Source: Candidatus Parvarchaeota archaeon (lineage in GTDB: Archaea; Nanobdellota; Nanobdellia; Parvarchaeales; Parvarchaeaceae). Taken from it: DNA of 64,000 nt. Both the position numbers and the translations under genes were made by a program. The stretch covers positions 2,524 through 66,523 of the forward strand of contig JAMCRN010000009.1 in NCBI GenBank assembly GCA_023380585.1. Direction: 5' to 3'. This document shows, piece after piece, positions 9,090 through 18,890 of the stretch; position 1 is the first letter of the stretch, and each line of letters starts with the position of its first letter. The notes beneath the pieces were generated by a model that saw only the letters and a list, made by a program, of their open reading frames with translations, did not search any database and had not been told where the DNA came from.

Positions 9090-9425
9090 ATGGAAAACAA
9101 AAACGGAAAGAAAAGCAGACTTGAAGGCTTGCTAGGAGGCAAGAGGACTGCCGTGATCGCAGGTTCCTCAGCTGCAGCAGGTGCTGCCGTCGGCATATAC
9201 GCGACTCTCAAAGGAGCCACACAATATGCATATGGTGTACTAAAAGGCATCGGCTCATACCTTTCGACAGGGTACAAGGCTTTCATACACCAGCCACTGG
9301 TAGTAGCAGCCGGTGCGGTAATTGGCGGCTTTGCGACCTATGGTATAGCAGCACTTGTAGGTGGTCTTCTAGGCTACAAGGTAGCTAAGCGGCACAAGGC
9401 AAAAGCTAAGCCGGTAAGCGGGTAG
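9090..9425 (+). CDS. small Gly/Ala-rich membrane protein
   Basis: Glycine-zipper-like hydrophobic segments with a basic C-terminal tail. Confidence 0.4.
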   Translation: MENKNGKKSRLEGLLGGKRTAVIAGSSAAAGAAVGIYATLKGATQYAYGVLKGIGSYLSTGYKAFIHQPLVVAAGAVIGGFATYGIAALVGGLLGYKVAKRHKAKAKPVSG

Positions 9426-9595
9426 GCGTTCCGCAATTAAGCGGGCGTCCCCGCAGCTACGGCGAGCTAGACTGCCTTTTACTAGAACCTTTATTTTCTG
9501 TTTTGTGTTATTTTTGGTTCAACTATTTCTAAGAAGATGATATAAGAAGGTGCCCACCTAAGCGTATAAATACACTGGCATTTAACCATCAGTAA

Positions 9596-10216
9596 ATGGA
9601 ATTGCAGCCATATATAAAAGGCGAAGAAAAGTTTGGAGCAATAACTTCAAAATTATACTCAGCTTTTGCACATATCGCTCTAGACAGGATGTATAATCTT
9701 GTGGTAGACGATCTGGTAAAGTTACACCCAAAGAGCATACTTGAGGTTGGTTCCGGTCCGGGCGACCTTGCAATAAAGCTTTCAAAAAGAATGCCTTCGT
9801 CTATTATCTACTGTGTAGATCCCTCGGTTTACATGAGGAAGATAGCATTAAAAAAGATAGAAAAGCACACAGCTAAAAACATTATATATTTAACTGGCAG
9901 CAGTCGGCACGTCCCTCTAAAACGTAGATTCAATGTCATAATATCTACATTATCCTTCCATCACTGGATGAGAAAGAAGGAGAGCCTCCTATACCTTGCC
10001 AGTCTGCTGAATCAAAAAGGCAAGATACTAATATATGAATACGACCGGGAAAGATTACGATACCCCTTCAGGCTTTTTTTAGGGGGGCATTCACTCGACA
10101 TAGACGACATAAAAAACTTGAATATAAGCGGCTTAGCCTACAAAATAAACAAGCGGCCGCCTTTTTTGTCTGTTGAGTTCTACCAGAGAAACCAAGGTAA
10201 TCAACTAATGAAATGA
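9596..10216 (+). CDS. SAM-dependent methyltransferase (class I)
   Basis: Motif I ILEVGSGPGDLA. The stop lies 3 nt before the tRNA-Val 3' end. Confidence 0.7.
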   Translation: MELQPYIKGEEKFGAITSKLYSAFAHIALDRMYNLVVDDLVKLHPKSILEVGSGPGDLAIKLSKRMPSSIIYCVDPSVYMRKIALKKIEKHTAKNIIYLTGSSRHVPLKRRFNVIISTLSFHHWMRKKESLLYLASLLNQKGKILIYEYDRERLRYPFRLFLGGHSLDIDDIKNLNISGLAYKINKRPPFLSVEFYQRNQGNQLMK

Positions 10217-10219
10217 GTC

Positions 10220-10292
10220 TGGGCCCAGGGAGGTTCGAACTCCCGACCTTTTCCATGTGAAGGAAACGTCATAACCGCTAGACCATGGGCCC
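10220..10292 (-). tRNA. tRNA-Val (anticodon CAC)
   Basis: The reverse complement GGGCCCATGGTCTAGCGGTTATGACGTTTCCTTCACATGGAAAAGGTCGGGAGTTCGAACCTCCCTGGGCCCA folds as a cloverleaf with a 7-bp acceptor stem, a D-arm, an anticodon stem TTTCC/GGAAA with loop TTCACAT, and a T-arm GGGAG-TTCGAAC-CTCCC. Confidence 0.85.
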
Positions 10293-10303
10293 ATTTAGGT
10301 CTT

Positions 10304-11341
10304 TTAAAGGCCTCCGCCTCCACCCAGCTGAGAGCTAGCGAAGAAAGTGGAAACGCCGAACCTGACCACGAAAAATATCGCTATTCCTATCAAAGCGTAA
10401 ATAGGCGCTTTTTTCATTCCATCTTTTGCCTTTCCCGTGTTCAATATTCCCCCGAGTATGGCGCTCGAGCCAGTTGTTATTATGACATTTATAACCGAAA
10501 TGACCAGTATAAGAGTTACAGGCACGCTAGGAAGGCTAAATGATGAAAATATACCGACCCCAACAGAGGGAACGTTCGCCGTAGAGGCACCAGATACTTT
10601 GCTTATATTATCAAGTATACCTATAAGGAAGGATGCGACACCGTAGAGTAGTGGTGCAGCTATTGTAGAAGCCAAAAATATAAAAAGAGCATAACTCCTG
10701 ACCTGGGCTTTCATATCATTCCTTATTGACTCGTTTTGAAGCATGTTGTCGGCCAGGTTTTCCAGGATCAGATGTAATTCAGCCCCAGCACGTATTCCCT
10801 CAGATATTATCCGCATCGTATCCTTAAAGAACAGAGAACTCGTACGTCCTGACATATCCATTAAAGCCTCCGCGAAATTTCTACCACCTTGGACTTCAAT
10901 AGCGGCGCTGCTAAGCAGGTAGTTTAGTTTCCCGAATTCTGGCTTTATGGAAGCGAGAAAAGAATTCTCAGGTATCATCCCCGCGCGCAGGTTCGCCGCC
11001 ATCAACAGGAGCATATCTGGCAGGACCTTCTCTATGCTAGTCGCTACGGAGTCAGAGATGGCTGAGAACACAGAATCTATCAATACGCTCCCCCCGAAAT
11101 ACACAAGAGGCGCGCTCACAATAGAAAAGATTATACTTTTAGTGAATACAAAAAGGACTATCGGCACCAAAACCGTCATTATCAGAATAGCGAGCGTTAC
11201 AAGGCCTGTGAGTTCAGATATTCTATCAGTGTTTATCTGGGCCGTCATTATATTGTTTGCAATGGATTTCCTTACTTTACTAAAAAGAAGAAATTGTAAA
11301 TTGAACAGAAAGTTGTGCTTCTCGTCCATCTCACACACCAA
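10304..11341 (-). CDS. type II secretion system F-like (TadC/FlaJ-like) pilus assembly membrane platform protein
   Basis: A polytopic membrane protein with the T2SSF-type organisation. It overlaps the upstream T2SSF-like gene by 11 nt and lies downstream of the FlaI-like ATPase. Confidence 0.65.
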   Translation of the reverse strand: MVCEMDEKHNFLFNLQFLLFSKVRKSIANNIMTAQINTDRISELTGLVTLAILIMTVLVPIVLFVFTKSIIFSIVSAPLVYFGGSVLIDSVFSAISDSVATSIEKVLPDMLLLMAANLRAGMIPENSFLASIKPEFGKLNYLLSSAAIEVQGGRNFAEALMDMSGRTSSLFFKDTMRIISEGIRAGAELHLILENLADNMLQNESIRNDMKAQVRSYALFIFLASTIAAPLLYGVASFLIGILDNISKVSGASTANVPSVGVGIFSSFSLPSVPVTLILVISVINVIITTGSSAILGGILNTGKAKDGMKKAPIYALIGIAIFFVVRFGVSTFFASSQLGGGGGL

Positions 11342-12233
11342 CAGCAGGCCTTCTGCTCTTTACCATCCCCATAAAGAACACCTGGAAAAGAATTAAGAAT
11401 GCAGGCACCATATATATCAGTGCAACTATGTCAAAATGCGCAAGAGAACCGAGTATTATGAAAACAGACATGCCTAAGCTAGGCAATACCACCGAAACAA
11501 GCATATAACCCATTGACATAGGAGTAAGTTCTGCGGCATAAGAGCGCATATCAGACTGCTGTTTTTTCACAAGCATGTCGTTTATGAGGGTAAGCGTTCC
11601 GCGCATGTCGCTACCTGATTTCATCGAATTTACTATTATGTCTATCGCCCTCCTAAGCGATTGGGATGGCACGCGTTTTGAAAGATTAGTGAGAGCTGCA
11701 TCCTGTCTTTCCCCAGACTGGATCTCTTCGACGGTTTTTTTAAATTCTGTAGAAACAACACCATAATCCCCGTTTGAAACGTCCAACAGTGCGTTAAATA
11801 CAGGCACACCAGATCCGACCTTTATCATAAGCTCTCTGACAGCAAAGACAACTTTCTCGTCTATTTTTGCCCTTCTTTTTGATGCAGATAACTTAGGATA
11901 GTTTATAAAGTAGACGAAATATATCCCCGGTACAAGGAAGATCATAAGGACCAGTATGGCGGTAAGATTCATCGTAAGTATCCCTTTTTTAATCGCTATC
12001 AGCAGTAATGAGACAGCTATTACAAGAAGCAATGCCATCAATGCCAGCGCTACGAATATACCGGCCGATACGTAATCCAATGGGTCTATATCTATCCCGC
12101 CTTCTATTAGAGACATTTTCAGGCCCTTCGTCGAATTTATAATTACATAGGCCAGCCCTTTGAACTTTCTACCAAAATACAAAGCCTTGTCTTGGCTTAC
12201 TATTATACTCGGCATTACCCTCTCTTTCATCAT
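11331..12233 (-). CDS. type II secretion system F-like (TadB/FlaJ N-half-like) pilus assembly membrane platform protein
   Basis: A cytoplasmic helical domain followed by TM helices, sitting between the ATPase and the second platform gene. Confidence 0.65.
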   Translation of the reverse strand: MMKERVMPSIIVSQDKALYFGRKFKGLAYVIINSTKGLKMSLIEGGIDIDPLDYVSAGIFVALALMALLLVIAVSLLLIAIKKGILTMNLTAILVLMIFLVPGIYFVYFINYPKLSASKRRAKIDEKVVFAVRELMIKVGSGVPVFNALLDVSNGDYGVVSTEFKKTVEEIQSGERQDAALTNLSKRVPSQSLRRAIDIIVNSMKSGSDMRGTLTLINDMLVKKQQSDMRSYAAELTPMSMGYMLVSVVLPSLGMSVFIILGSLAHFDIVALIYMVPAFLILFQVFFMGMVKSRRPAVGV

Positions 12234-12237
12234 ATCG

Positions 12238-13755
12238 CTAAGTCTCCAAAACTTCAGGCTCTTCGTCGGCGGCTACCACTCCCATTAACTTTTCTTTATT
12301 GATGTAATAATTACTCGTTATAAGTCCTATTTTATTTACAGAAGCCACTTTTTTATGGGACATCCATTTGAGGATTGACACTTTCTCGCTTATATCTTTT
12401 TTCATCTCTTCCGCGGTCATACCGGAATAAAGCTCCAGCTTGTTAGCGATCTTCTGTGATATGTTTATAGTCCTCTCTATCGTGTCTGTCCTTGGCTTCC
12501 ACTCGAATAGATTATTTGTTTTTATCTCCGTCTTTCCAACTACAGAACGTTCGGCGACTTCAGCAAGTTCAAGTACACGACGCAGCCCACTTCTTCTCTG
12601 CCTGAACGCTGTTATTACCAAGTCTAGGGTGGACACTTCTATCTCAGGAAGATTTATAGGCTCAGAAAGAAGCCTTTTAATAACCTGTTGGGCTGTTTCA
12701 GCATGAAGAGTAGCATAAACAGAGTGTCCAGTCATAAGCGCTTCAAAAAGAGTTTCCGCGTCTTCTTTCCTTCTTATCTCACCGACGACTAGTCTGTCGG
12801 GCCTCATCCTAAGCGAATTCAGAAGAAGATCAAGCATGGTTATCTCTCCTTTGCCTTCGGAATTAGGCTGCCTTGTAACCATCGGCACCCAGTGCAGGAA
12901 TCTAGGCAGAACAAGCTCATTTGTATCCTCTATCGTTATTATTCTCTGGTTCGGAGGTATGAAAGGTAAGAACACGTTCAGAAGGCTAGTTTTACCAGAT
13001 GCTGTACCTCCTGTTACAATCATAGACAGCTCGTACTGCATCGCTTGCCATACAAACGCGGTCAATTCTGGGGTTATAGTGCCCTTAGTGATAAAATCGA
13101 CGATTGTCCATGGTTCTTCTCTAAATTTTCTTATGTCGAAAGTGTTGCCGTGTACAGATATAGGATATAAGGTCGCGTTTACACGGTCGCCGTTGGGTAG
13201 CCTTGCGTCAAGCAAAGGAGATAGAGTGGTTATCTGCCTACCCACCTTCCTTGCGACTTGCTGTGCGAAGTTTTCTATCATCTTCTCTGTTTCTATCCTT
13301 ATAGTGGTCTCAAGCCAGCCATATTTTATGTGGTATACCATAACGTTGGTTTTGGAGTCGTTTACTACTATCTCTTCCAGATTCTTGTCATTGTCCAATA
13401 TCTCTAAGACCCCAAGTCCGAACATCTCATGGAGAAGCGTGGCGGATAACTCTATGTAAACTCTCTCCTCCATACCCGGAAGTATCGTCTTCAGCTTATC
13501 AGACGTAAGATCCAGAAAATCCGTCCTCAAAGTAGGGGAGTAGCTCTCAGACAGGGTCTGTATTTTAAGAGGGTACTCCTTTATCAATTCTGTCCTTATC
13601 TCTGTCAGCACCGCTCTGATTCCAGGGTCTATAGCCGGCACTTTTATATTATACACAGATGTAAATTTACCAGGCACTCTCTCGATGCTTACCCTAGCTA
13701 ATACACCGTCAGAAATAACGTCATAGCTTTCAAGCACTTCGACGCGCTGCTCCAT
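12238..13755 (-). CDS. archaeal type IV pilus/archaellum assembly ATPase (FlaI/VirB11/GspE family)
   Basis: Walker A IVTGGTASGKTS, a Walker B/Asp box RIITIEDTNEL, a His box ATLHAE, and an N-terminal FlaI-like domain. Confidence 0.85.
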   Translation of the reverse strand: MEQRVEVLESYDVISDGVLARVSIERVPGKFTSVYNIKVPAIDPGIRAVLTEIRTELIKEYPLKIQTLSESYSPTLRTDFLDLTSDKLKTILPGMEERVYIELSATLLHEMFGLGVLEILDNDKNLEEIVVNDSKTNVMVYHIKYGWLETTIRIETEKMIENFAQQVARKVGRQITTLSPLLDARLPNGDRVNATLYPISVHGNTFDIRKFREEPWTIVDFITKGTITPELTAFVWQAMQYELSMIVTGGTASGKTSLLNVFLPFIPPNQRIITIEDTNELVLPRFLHWVPMVTRQPNSEGKGEITMLDLLLNSLRMRPDRLVVGEIRRKEDAETLFEALMTGHSVYATLHAETAQQVIKRLLSEPINLPEIEVSTLDLVITAFRQRRSGLRRVLELAEVAERSVVGKTEIKTNNLFEWKPRTDTIERTINISQKIANKLELYSGMTAEEMKKDISEKVSILKWMSHKKVASVNKIGLITSNYYINKEKLMGVVAADEEPEVLET

Positions 13756-13785
13756 TTCAATATTTAGAAATTTTACATTATATAC

Positions 13786-13893
13786 TTTAAAGGGGCAACG
13801 GATGCTCTACCTGGTTGAGCTACGAGCGCATGCGCTCGAGGGGATTTGAACCCCCAACCAACCGGTTAAAAGCTTCATCTGCCCCCTTTAAAG
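13786..13893 (-). ncRNA. tRNA-like element with permuted T-arm/acceptor and acceptor/D-arm halves inside a long hairpin (candidate circularly permuted tRNA or tRNA remnant)
   Basis: The minus strand reads ..GGGGGTTCAAATCCCCT-CGAGCGC-A-T-GCGCTCG-TA-GCTCAACCAGGTAGAGC.. The T-arm and 3' acceptor strand come immediately before the 5' acceptor strand and D-arm. The whole element is flanked by TTTAAAGGGGGC / GCCCCTTTAAA inverted repeats. Confidence 0.35.
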
Positions 13894-14045
13894 TAATATT
13901 AGTCAGATGCATTATAGTTATTTATGTATTTTAGTGCATGAAAACGATATCTGCGTTTAAAGTGATAATTATGTGTTTTTTGGTTTCTGAAGGTAAATCA
14001 TCCATCCTACATACTGTTTATAAGTTTTGAAAAACTCCTTATGAC

Positions 14046-15290
14046 ATGATAAATTCGCTGTCTGTGAGCTTTTTTCTCTTAGGAGCAGCTGCTGTCTTGT
14101 TTATAGGGTTCGTAGGAAGGGCCATGGCTAGGAAGACGTCCATCCCGCATATAGTATGGCTTATGCTCTTTGGGATAGCCATAGGCCCGGTATTCGGCCT
14201 CTTAAAAAGGCCAGTTTTGCTGGAATTTCTTCCTTTTGTTACCAGCATAGTCATAATAATAGTACTTTTCAACGCAGGACTCAGCATAAACATAAAAAAG
14301 ATAATAAAAGGCGTATCCAAAAGCGTAGTGCTGGCGATAACAAACCTAACGCTTGCTGCAGCGGCTACCGTAACCATATTATATTTTCTTGGGTACCCTC
14401 TTACCACGTCTGTGCTTATTGGATTGATAGTCGGAGGCCTTAGCGCTTCGATAATACCCGGATTTGGGAGTCTCTCTGCTTACAGCGACAAGATAAAGAC
14501 GATAATAAACCTAGAATCCATAATAGCAGAGCCATTGGCGATAATATTTGTCCTAGTTTTTGTAAGCGCGTTCTTGCTACATGATTATTCCCCAGGATTT
14601 ATAGCGAGTAAGCTGATATCAGAATTTTCTATAGGGATAGTCATAGGAGCGGTATTCGGGCTCGGGTGGGTACCAGTCATGAGCCATTTTCAAAGGTATA
14701 AATATGAGTATTCCTATGCCGGCTCTCTTGCGATAGTATTCTTTCTATACATAATAGTACAGGGTATGCAAGGAAGCGGCCCAATGTCAGCATTGGTATT
14801 CGGAATGTTCCTCGCAAATGGGGAAGACATATTCAAAGCGCTAAAATATAGGCACGGGGTGTCGTTTACATTAAGTAAGGAGTCTAGGTCGTTTAACGAC
14901 CTAGTGGCGTTCCTTACTGCTTCTTTCTTCTTTGTTTACTTCGGCGCTCTCATATTCCTGCAAGATTATTATGCATTTGCTATAGGCGTGGCTATAGCCG
15001 TGTCCCTGCTCATAGCCAGGCAGATAGGTACAAGACTTGCCCTTTTGAAGTCCCAATTCGTATCGAAAGATAAAGCCGTGATCTCATCCATGCTAACACG
15101 TGGGACAGGCGCAGCCGTCGCGGCAGCTATCCCTGTGGGTTTAGGAATAGCTGGAAGTGGAGACTTTATAGACATAGCAGCAAGCACGATAATAACGACT
15201 ATAATCCTAACAGTAATAATGGGCAAGGTCTTCAAACAGAATCAGCCCCAAAAAACAGTTAAACAAACTCTTAGAAAAAGTAGCGTATGA
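14046..15290 (+). CDS. cation/proton antiporter-like polytopic membrane transporter
   Basis: About 12-13 TM helices. Its topology resembles the CPA/NhaP families. It is paralogous to the next gene. Confidence 0.55.
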   Translation: MINSLSVSFFLLGAAAVLFIGFVGRAMARKTSIPHIVWLMLFGIAIGPVFGLLKRPVLLEFLPFVTSIVIIIVLFNAGLSINIKKIIKGVSKSVVLAITNLTLAAAATVTILYFLGYPLTTSVLIGLIVGGLSASIIPGFGSLSAYSDKIKTIINLESIIAEPLAIIFVLVFVSAFLLHDYSPGFIASKLISEFSIGIVIGAVFGLGWVPVMSHFQRYKYEYSYAGSLAIVFFLYIIVQGMQGSGPMSALVFGMFLANGEDIFKALKYRHGVSFTLSKESRSFNDLVAFLTASFFFVYFGALIFLQDYYAFAIGVAIAVSLLIARQIGTRLALLKSQFVSKDKAVISSMLTRGTGAAVAAAIPVGLGIAGSGDFIDIAASTIITTIILTVIMGKVFKQNQPQKTVKQTLRKSSV

Positions 15291-16486
15291 CAATAGGTGC
15301 TGAATCGATATTTGTTTTTGCAGGGTTCATAATACTGGTCGGGTTTATAGGCGAGCAAATATTCAGAAAAACCAATGTGCCTTCTTTCCTTTTTCTAATA
15401 TTGATAGGGGTCGTAATAGGACCTGTTCTAAGACTTATAACAAGGAATGTTCTAACGCCGATATTGGGTACCGTGGCAGAGTTTACGCTTATAATGGTCC
15501 TTTTTTACGGCGGTATGGAGATAAATTTCAAAGCTCTTTTGGACAGCAGCGGACGCGCAATAGCCCAAGTGTTCTTTTATGTTTCCATAGCGATATCGCT
15601 AATAACTATCTTTGTAAATGTATTTCTTGGGTGGTCGCTGATACAGTCGCTAATATTCGGGGCGATTGTGGGCGGAGAAACTACCACTATAGTGGTCTTT
15701 AAATTAGCGGACTACATAGGTATAAAGGAAAAGACCGCAGTTTTTCTCAAACTTGAGGCTGCCCTCAACTCTATAGTGCTTGTTGTCCTTTTCGTTACTT
15801 TTGTAGGGCTTTATCAGACCGGCAGCGCGAATATCTACAGCGCAATGTTAGGGCTATCTTCGAATTTTTCTATAGGAGTCGTTGTAGGACTGATACTATC
15901 TATAATCTGGCTTTCGATATTAAACAAGGTAAAAAAGTACAAATATACATATGTCCTTACTCTCGGCTTCCTTCTTCTGACATACTCCTTTACTCAAATC
16001 GTTAACGGAAGCGGCATACTAGCTGCATTGATATTCGGGGTAGTCGTGGGTAACAATAAATTCATAGCTTCTCTGTTAAAGAGGAGGACGAATCTTAAAA
16101 ATCTGGAAAAGCAACTGCATACACTCCAAGGAGAGATAACTTTCTTATTGAGCACTTTTTTCTTTGTGTTCTTAGGCATAGTATTCAGCATCTCGTTGTC
16201 TAGTCTGGAATTCGGAGCGATTGTAGGGGCGATAATATTGCTGATACTGCTCTTCTCAAGGTACCTCGCAACTTCTATATCAACAATAAGATCAGAAATT
16301 TCTGCAGATAAAAAGTATATAATAATGTTATTGCCGCAGGGTCTTACTCCGGCAACTCTAGCCATCCTGGCCCTGAGTTACGGCATACCCCTCGCCAGCA
16401 CCTTTTTAGTCCTTGTGACATATGTTATAATATTCACAAATGTAGTAGCTACAGTCGGCGTGTTCGCAGCTAGAAGAGGAGCATAA
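15287..16486 (+). CDS. cation/proton antiporter-like membrane transporter (tandem paralog)
   Basis: Same architecture as 14046..15290, with a 4-nt overlap. Confidence 0.55.
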   Translation: MTIGAESIFVFAGFIILVGFIGEQIFRKTNVPSFLFLILIGVVIGPVLRLITRNVLTPILGTVAEFTLIMVLFYGGMEINFKALLDSSGRAIAQVFFYVSIAISLITIFVNVFLGWSLIQSLIFGAIVGGETTTIVVFKLADYIGIKEKTAVFLKLEAALNSIVLVVLFVTFVGLYQTGSANIYSAMLGLSSNFSIGVVVGLILSIIWLSILNKVKKYKYTYVLTLGFLLLTYSFTQIVNGSGILAALIFGVVVGNNKFIASLLKRRTNLKNLEKQLHTLQGEITFLLSTFFFVFLGIVFSISLSSLEFGAIVGAIILLILLFSRYLATSISTIRSEISADKKYIIMLLPQGLTPATLAILALSYGIPLASTFLVLVTYVIIFTNVVATVGVFAARRGA

Positions 16487-16531
16487 ACTGCCGGTTCGCT
16501 GACAAAGTATATTAATCAAGAACTGCGTAGA

Positions 16532-17935
16532 TTGTTTATAGGGAAAAATCTTCAGAATATGGGCTTTAGAAAAGAACATGACTACTTAGGCGATGTCAGA
16601 GTGCCAGACGATGCTTACTGGGGGGCGCAGACACAGAGGGCAGTAGATAACTTCCCGATATCCGGTTTGAAGCTCGATAAAGATTATATAAAGTCGATAG
16701 TCTTGATAAAAAAGGCGGCCGTTATATCCAACATGAAAATAGGTCTTATCGAGAAAAATAAAGCCAATGCCATAAAAAAGGCCGCTGATGAGATACTATC
16801 CGGCAGATTAGCCGATCAATTCGTTGTGGACGTGTTCCAAGCAGGCGCCGGCACGTCTACGAATATGAATGTTAACGAAGTAATAACGAACAGGGCGATT
16901 GAGATTCTAAAAGGCAAGAAGGGAGATTACTCCATAATACACCCGAATGACGATGTTAACATGGGCCAGTCTACAAACGACGTAATACCGACTGCGATAA
17001 AATTAACATCGATGACTCTGTCCAAGAAGCTCATAGAGAGCTTAGACACTTTAATAAAAATTCTTCGGATAAAGGCCAAAGAATTCAACCCCGTAATAAA
17101 AAGCGGAAGGACGCATCTGATGGATGCAGCACCTATACGGTTAGGGGCAGAATTCAAAGCATGGGCGGACATGATAGAATTAGACGTAAGAAGAATAAAA
17201 GAAGCGGCAGAAAAACTAAGATATATAAATATAGGAGCTACGGCTGTCGGGACAGGTGTAAACGCAAACCCTAAGTATGTAAAGTTCACTATCGAGACGC
17301 TTAGTTTATATTCTAACATAAAGCTTAAACAAGCTCATGACCTTCCAGAGGCTACAGAGTCGATGACAGATATAGTGGAGTTGTCATCTTCTTTGAAGAG
17401 TTTATCAGTCGACCTTATAAAAATATCAAACGATATACGTTTAATGAACTCAGGACCAGTCACCGGGCTGGAAGAAATAATACTGCCGGCAGTCCAACCC
17501 GGCTCGTCGATAATGCCTGGTAAAGTAAATCCAAGCGTACCTGAGATGGTGGATATGGTCTGCTTCCAAGTAATAGGCAACGACGAAGCCATAACTATGG
17601 CGGCACAGGCCGGCCAGTTTGAGTTAAACGTCATGATGCCGTTGATTGCTTATGATATCATCTACAGTCTAAGGATCCTCACAAATGCAGTCACCGTCTT
17701 CGCAGAGAAGGCTATAATGAAGATAAAAGCCAACTCTGTCAGGATACATGAGTTGGTCCTAAAAACGCCGGGGGTCGCTCTGGCCCTAAACCCATATATA
17801 GGCTATGAAAAGACGGCAGAGGTCGTGAAGAAAGCGATAAACGAGGGAAAGAGCATCGCCCAAGCAGCCAAGGATATGAAGGTATTACCACCAAAGAAAA
17901 TAGACGAGATACTTGACCTGTATAAATTAGCATGA
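16532..17935 (+). CDS. fumC: class II fumarate hydratase / aspartate ammonia-lyase family enzyme
   Basis: Carries the signature GSSIMPGKVNPS (GSxxMPxKxN) of the fumarase/aspartase superfamily, at ~467 aa. Confidence 0.85.
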   Translation: MFIGKNLQNMGFRKEHDYLGDVRVPDDAYWGAQTQRAVDNFPISGLKLDKDYIKSIVLIKKAAVISNMKIGLIEKNKANAIKKAADEILSGRLADQFVVDVFQAGAGTSTNMNVNEVITNRAIEILKGKKGDYSIIHPNDDVNMGQSTNDVIPTAIKLTSMTLSKKLIESLDTLIKILRIKAKEFNPVIKSGRTHLMDAAPIRLGAEFKAWADMIELDVRRIKEAAEKLRYINIGATAVGTGVNANPKYVKFTIETLSLYSNIKLKQAHDLPEATESMTDIVELSSSLKSLSVDLIKISNDIRLMNSGPVTGLEEIILPAVQPGSSIMPGKVNPSVPEMVDMVCFQVIGNDEAITMAAQAGQFELNVMMPLIAYDIIYSLRILTNAVTVFAEKAIMKIKANSVRIHELVLKTPGVALALNPYIGYEKTAEVVKKAINEGKSIAQAAKDMKVLPPKKIDEILDLYKLA

Positions 17936-17987
17936 ATGGCTTTTAGTCGACAGACAAGTATATATTAAAGTAATTTTTAGTTTATAT

Positions 17988-18830
17988 ATGAGAGATAAGA
18001 TGTTCGATTTTGTAAGCACGTACAGACCGGCGCCGAAACCGCATAAGACTGGAGTTATAGAAATAAGAGGCCCATATTATTCTACAGTCACTTCGGCTTA
18101 TCTGAAAGCAGTCCTTGATGACTGGGGAGAATACGTCGATGGTGTAAAATTCGCGGGAGGTTCGTTCAGCCTTCTCAAAGCAGACAAGATAAAAGAATTC
18201 ATAAAGATATGTCACTCGCATGACGTTTTCGTGGACACTGGTGGATGGATAGAGAGGGTACTTGTAGATGGAAAGACGGCCGTTGACAAGTATATAGACA
18301 CGTGCAAAAAGCTTGGTTTTGACATAATAGAAGTATCCAGCGGCATGGCCCCAGAGATAATAAGCATGCCACTCGAGGATAAACTGGCAATAGTAAAGAA
18401 GATAAAGAAAGCCGGCCTAAAACCAAAACCAGAAGTCTCTTTAATGATAGGCGCAGGCGCCGGAACCCATATAACAGAATACGAAGAGGAGATGAGATAC
18501 AGAGACATGGAAGACTTCATAAAAGAGACTAGAGCTTATCTTGATATCGGGGCGCATATGATAATGGTCGAATCAGAAGGGATAACAGAAGACCTGCCGC
18601 CAGAAAAATGGAGAGTCGACGTTATAAAGAGGCTTCTGTCCGAGTTCGGATACGAAAAACTGATGTTCGAATCCTCCGACCCGCCTGTTTTCAAATGGTA
18701 TCTGAAAAACGTAAGTAGGGACGTAAATCTATTCATTGATCATTCTCAAGTTGTAGAATTCACAGCATGGAAACTCGGCCTTTGGGGAGACAAAGACATC
18801 TGGAAAGGCAAGAAAATAAGATATAGCTAA
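17988..18830 (+). CDS. phosphosulfolactate synthase (ComA) family protein
   Basis: Resembles ComA in three blocks: GVKFAGGSFSL, FVDTGGW and FDIIEVSSGM (compare FVKFGWGTS, YPGGTLFE, FEAVEISDGS). Confidence 0.6.
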   Translation: MRDKMFDFVSTYRPAPKPHKTGVIEIRGPYYSTVTSAYLKAVLDDWGEYVDGVKFAGGSFSLLKADKIKEFIKICHSHDVFVDTGGWIERVLVDGKTAVDKYIDTCKKLGFDIIEVSSGMAPEIISMPLEDKLAIVKKIKKAGLKPKPEVSLMIGAGAGTHITEYEEEMRYRDMEDFIKETRAYLDIGAHMIMVESEGITEDLPPEKWRVDVIKRLLSEFGYEKLMFESSDPPVFKWYLKNVSRDVNLFIDHSQVVEFTAWKLGLWGDKDIWKGKKIRYS

Positions 18831-18890
18831 GCCGCTCCAACAAAGAACTACAGCCATTGCAGATAAATATTCTTTCTGCCGTTTGCGGTT

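Noticed and set aside
11331-11341. Calling the two T2SSF-like genes a definite frameshifted pseudogene
   Set aside because: An 11-nt overlap is also compatible with genuine TadB/TadC-type split platforms and translational coupling. It is left as an open question in the findings.
13786-13893. A conventional (non-permuted) tRNA gene at this locus
   Set aside because: On the only strand with a valid TTCAAAT T-loop, the T-arm and 3' acceptor strand lie upstream of the 5' acceptor strand and D-arm. No standard cloverleaf or intron model fits.
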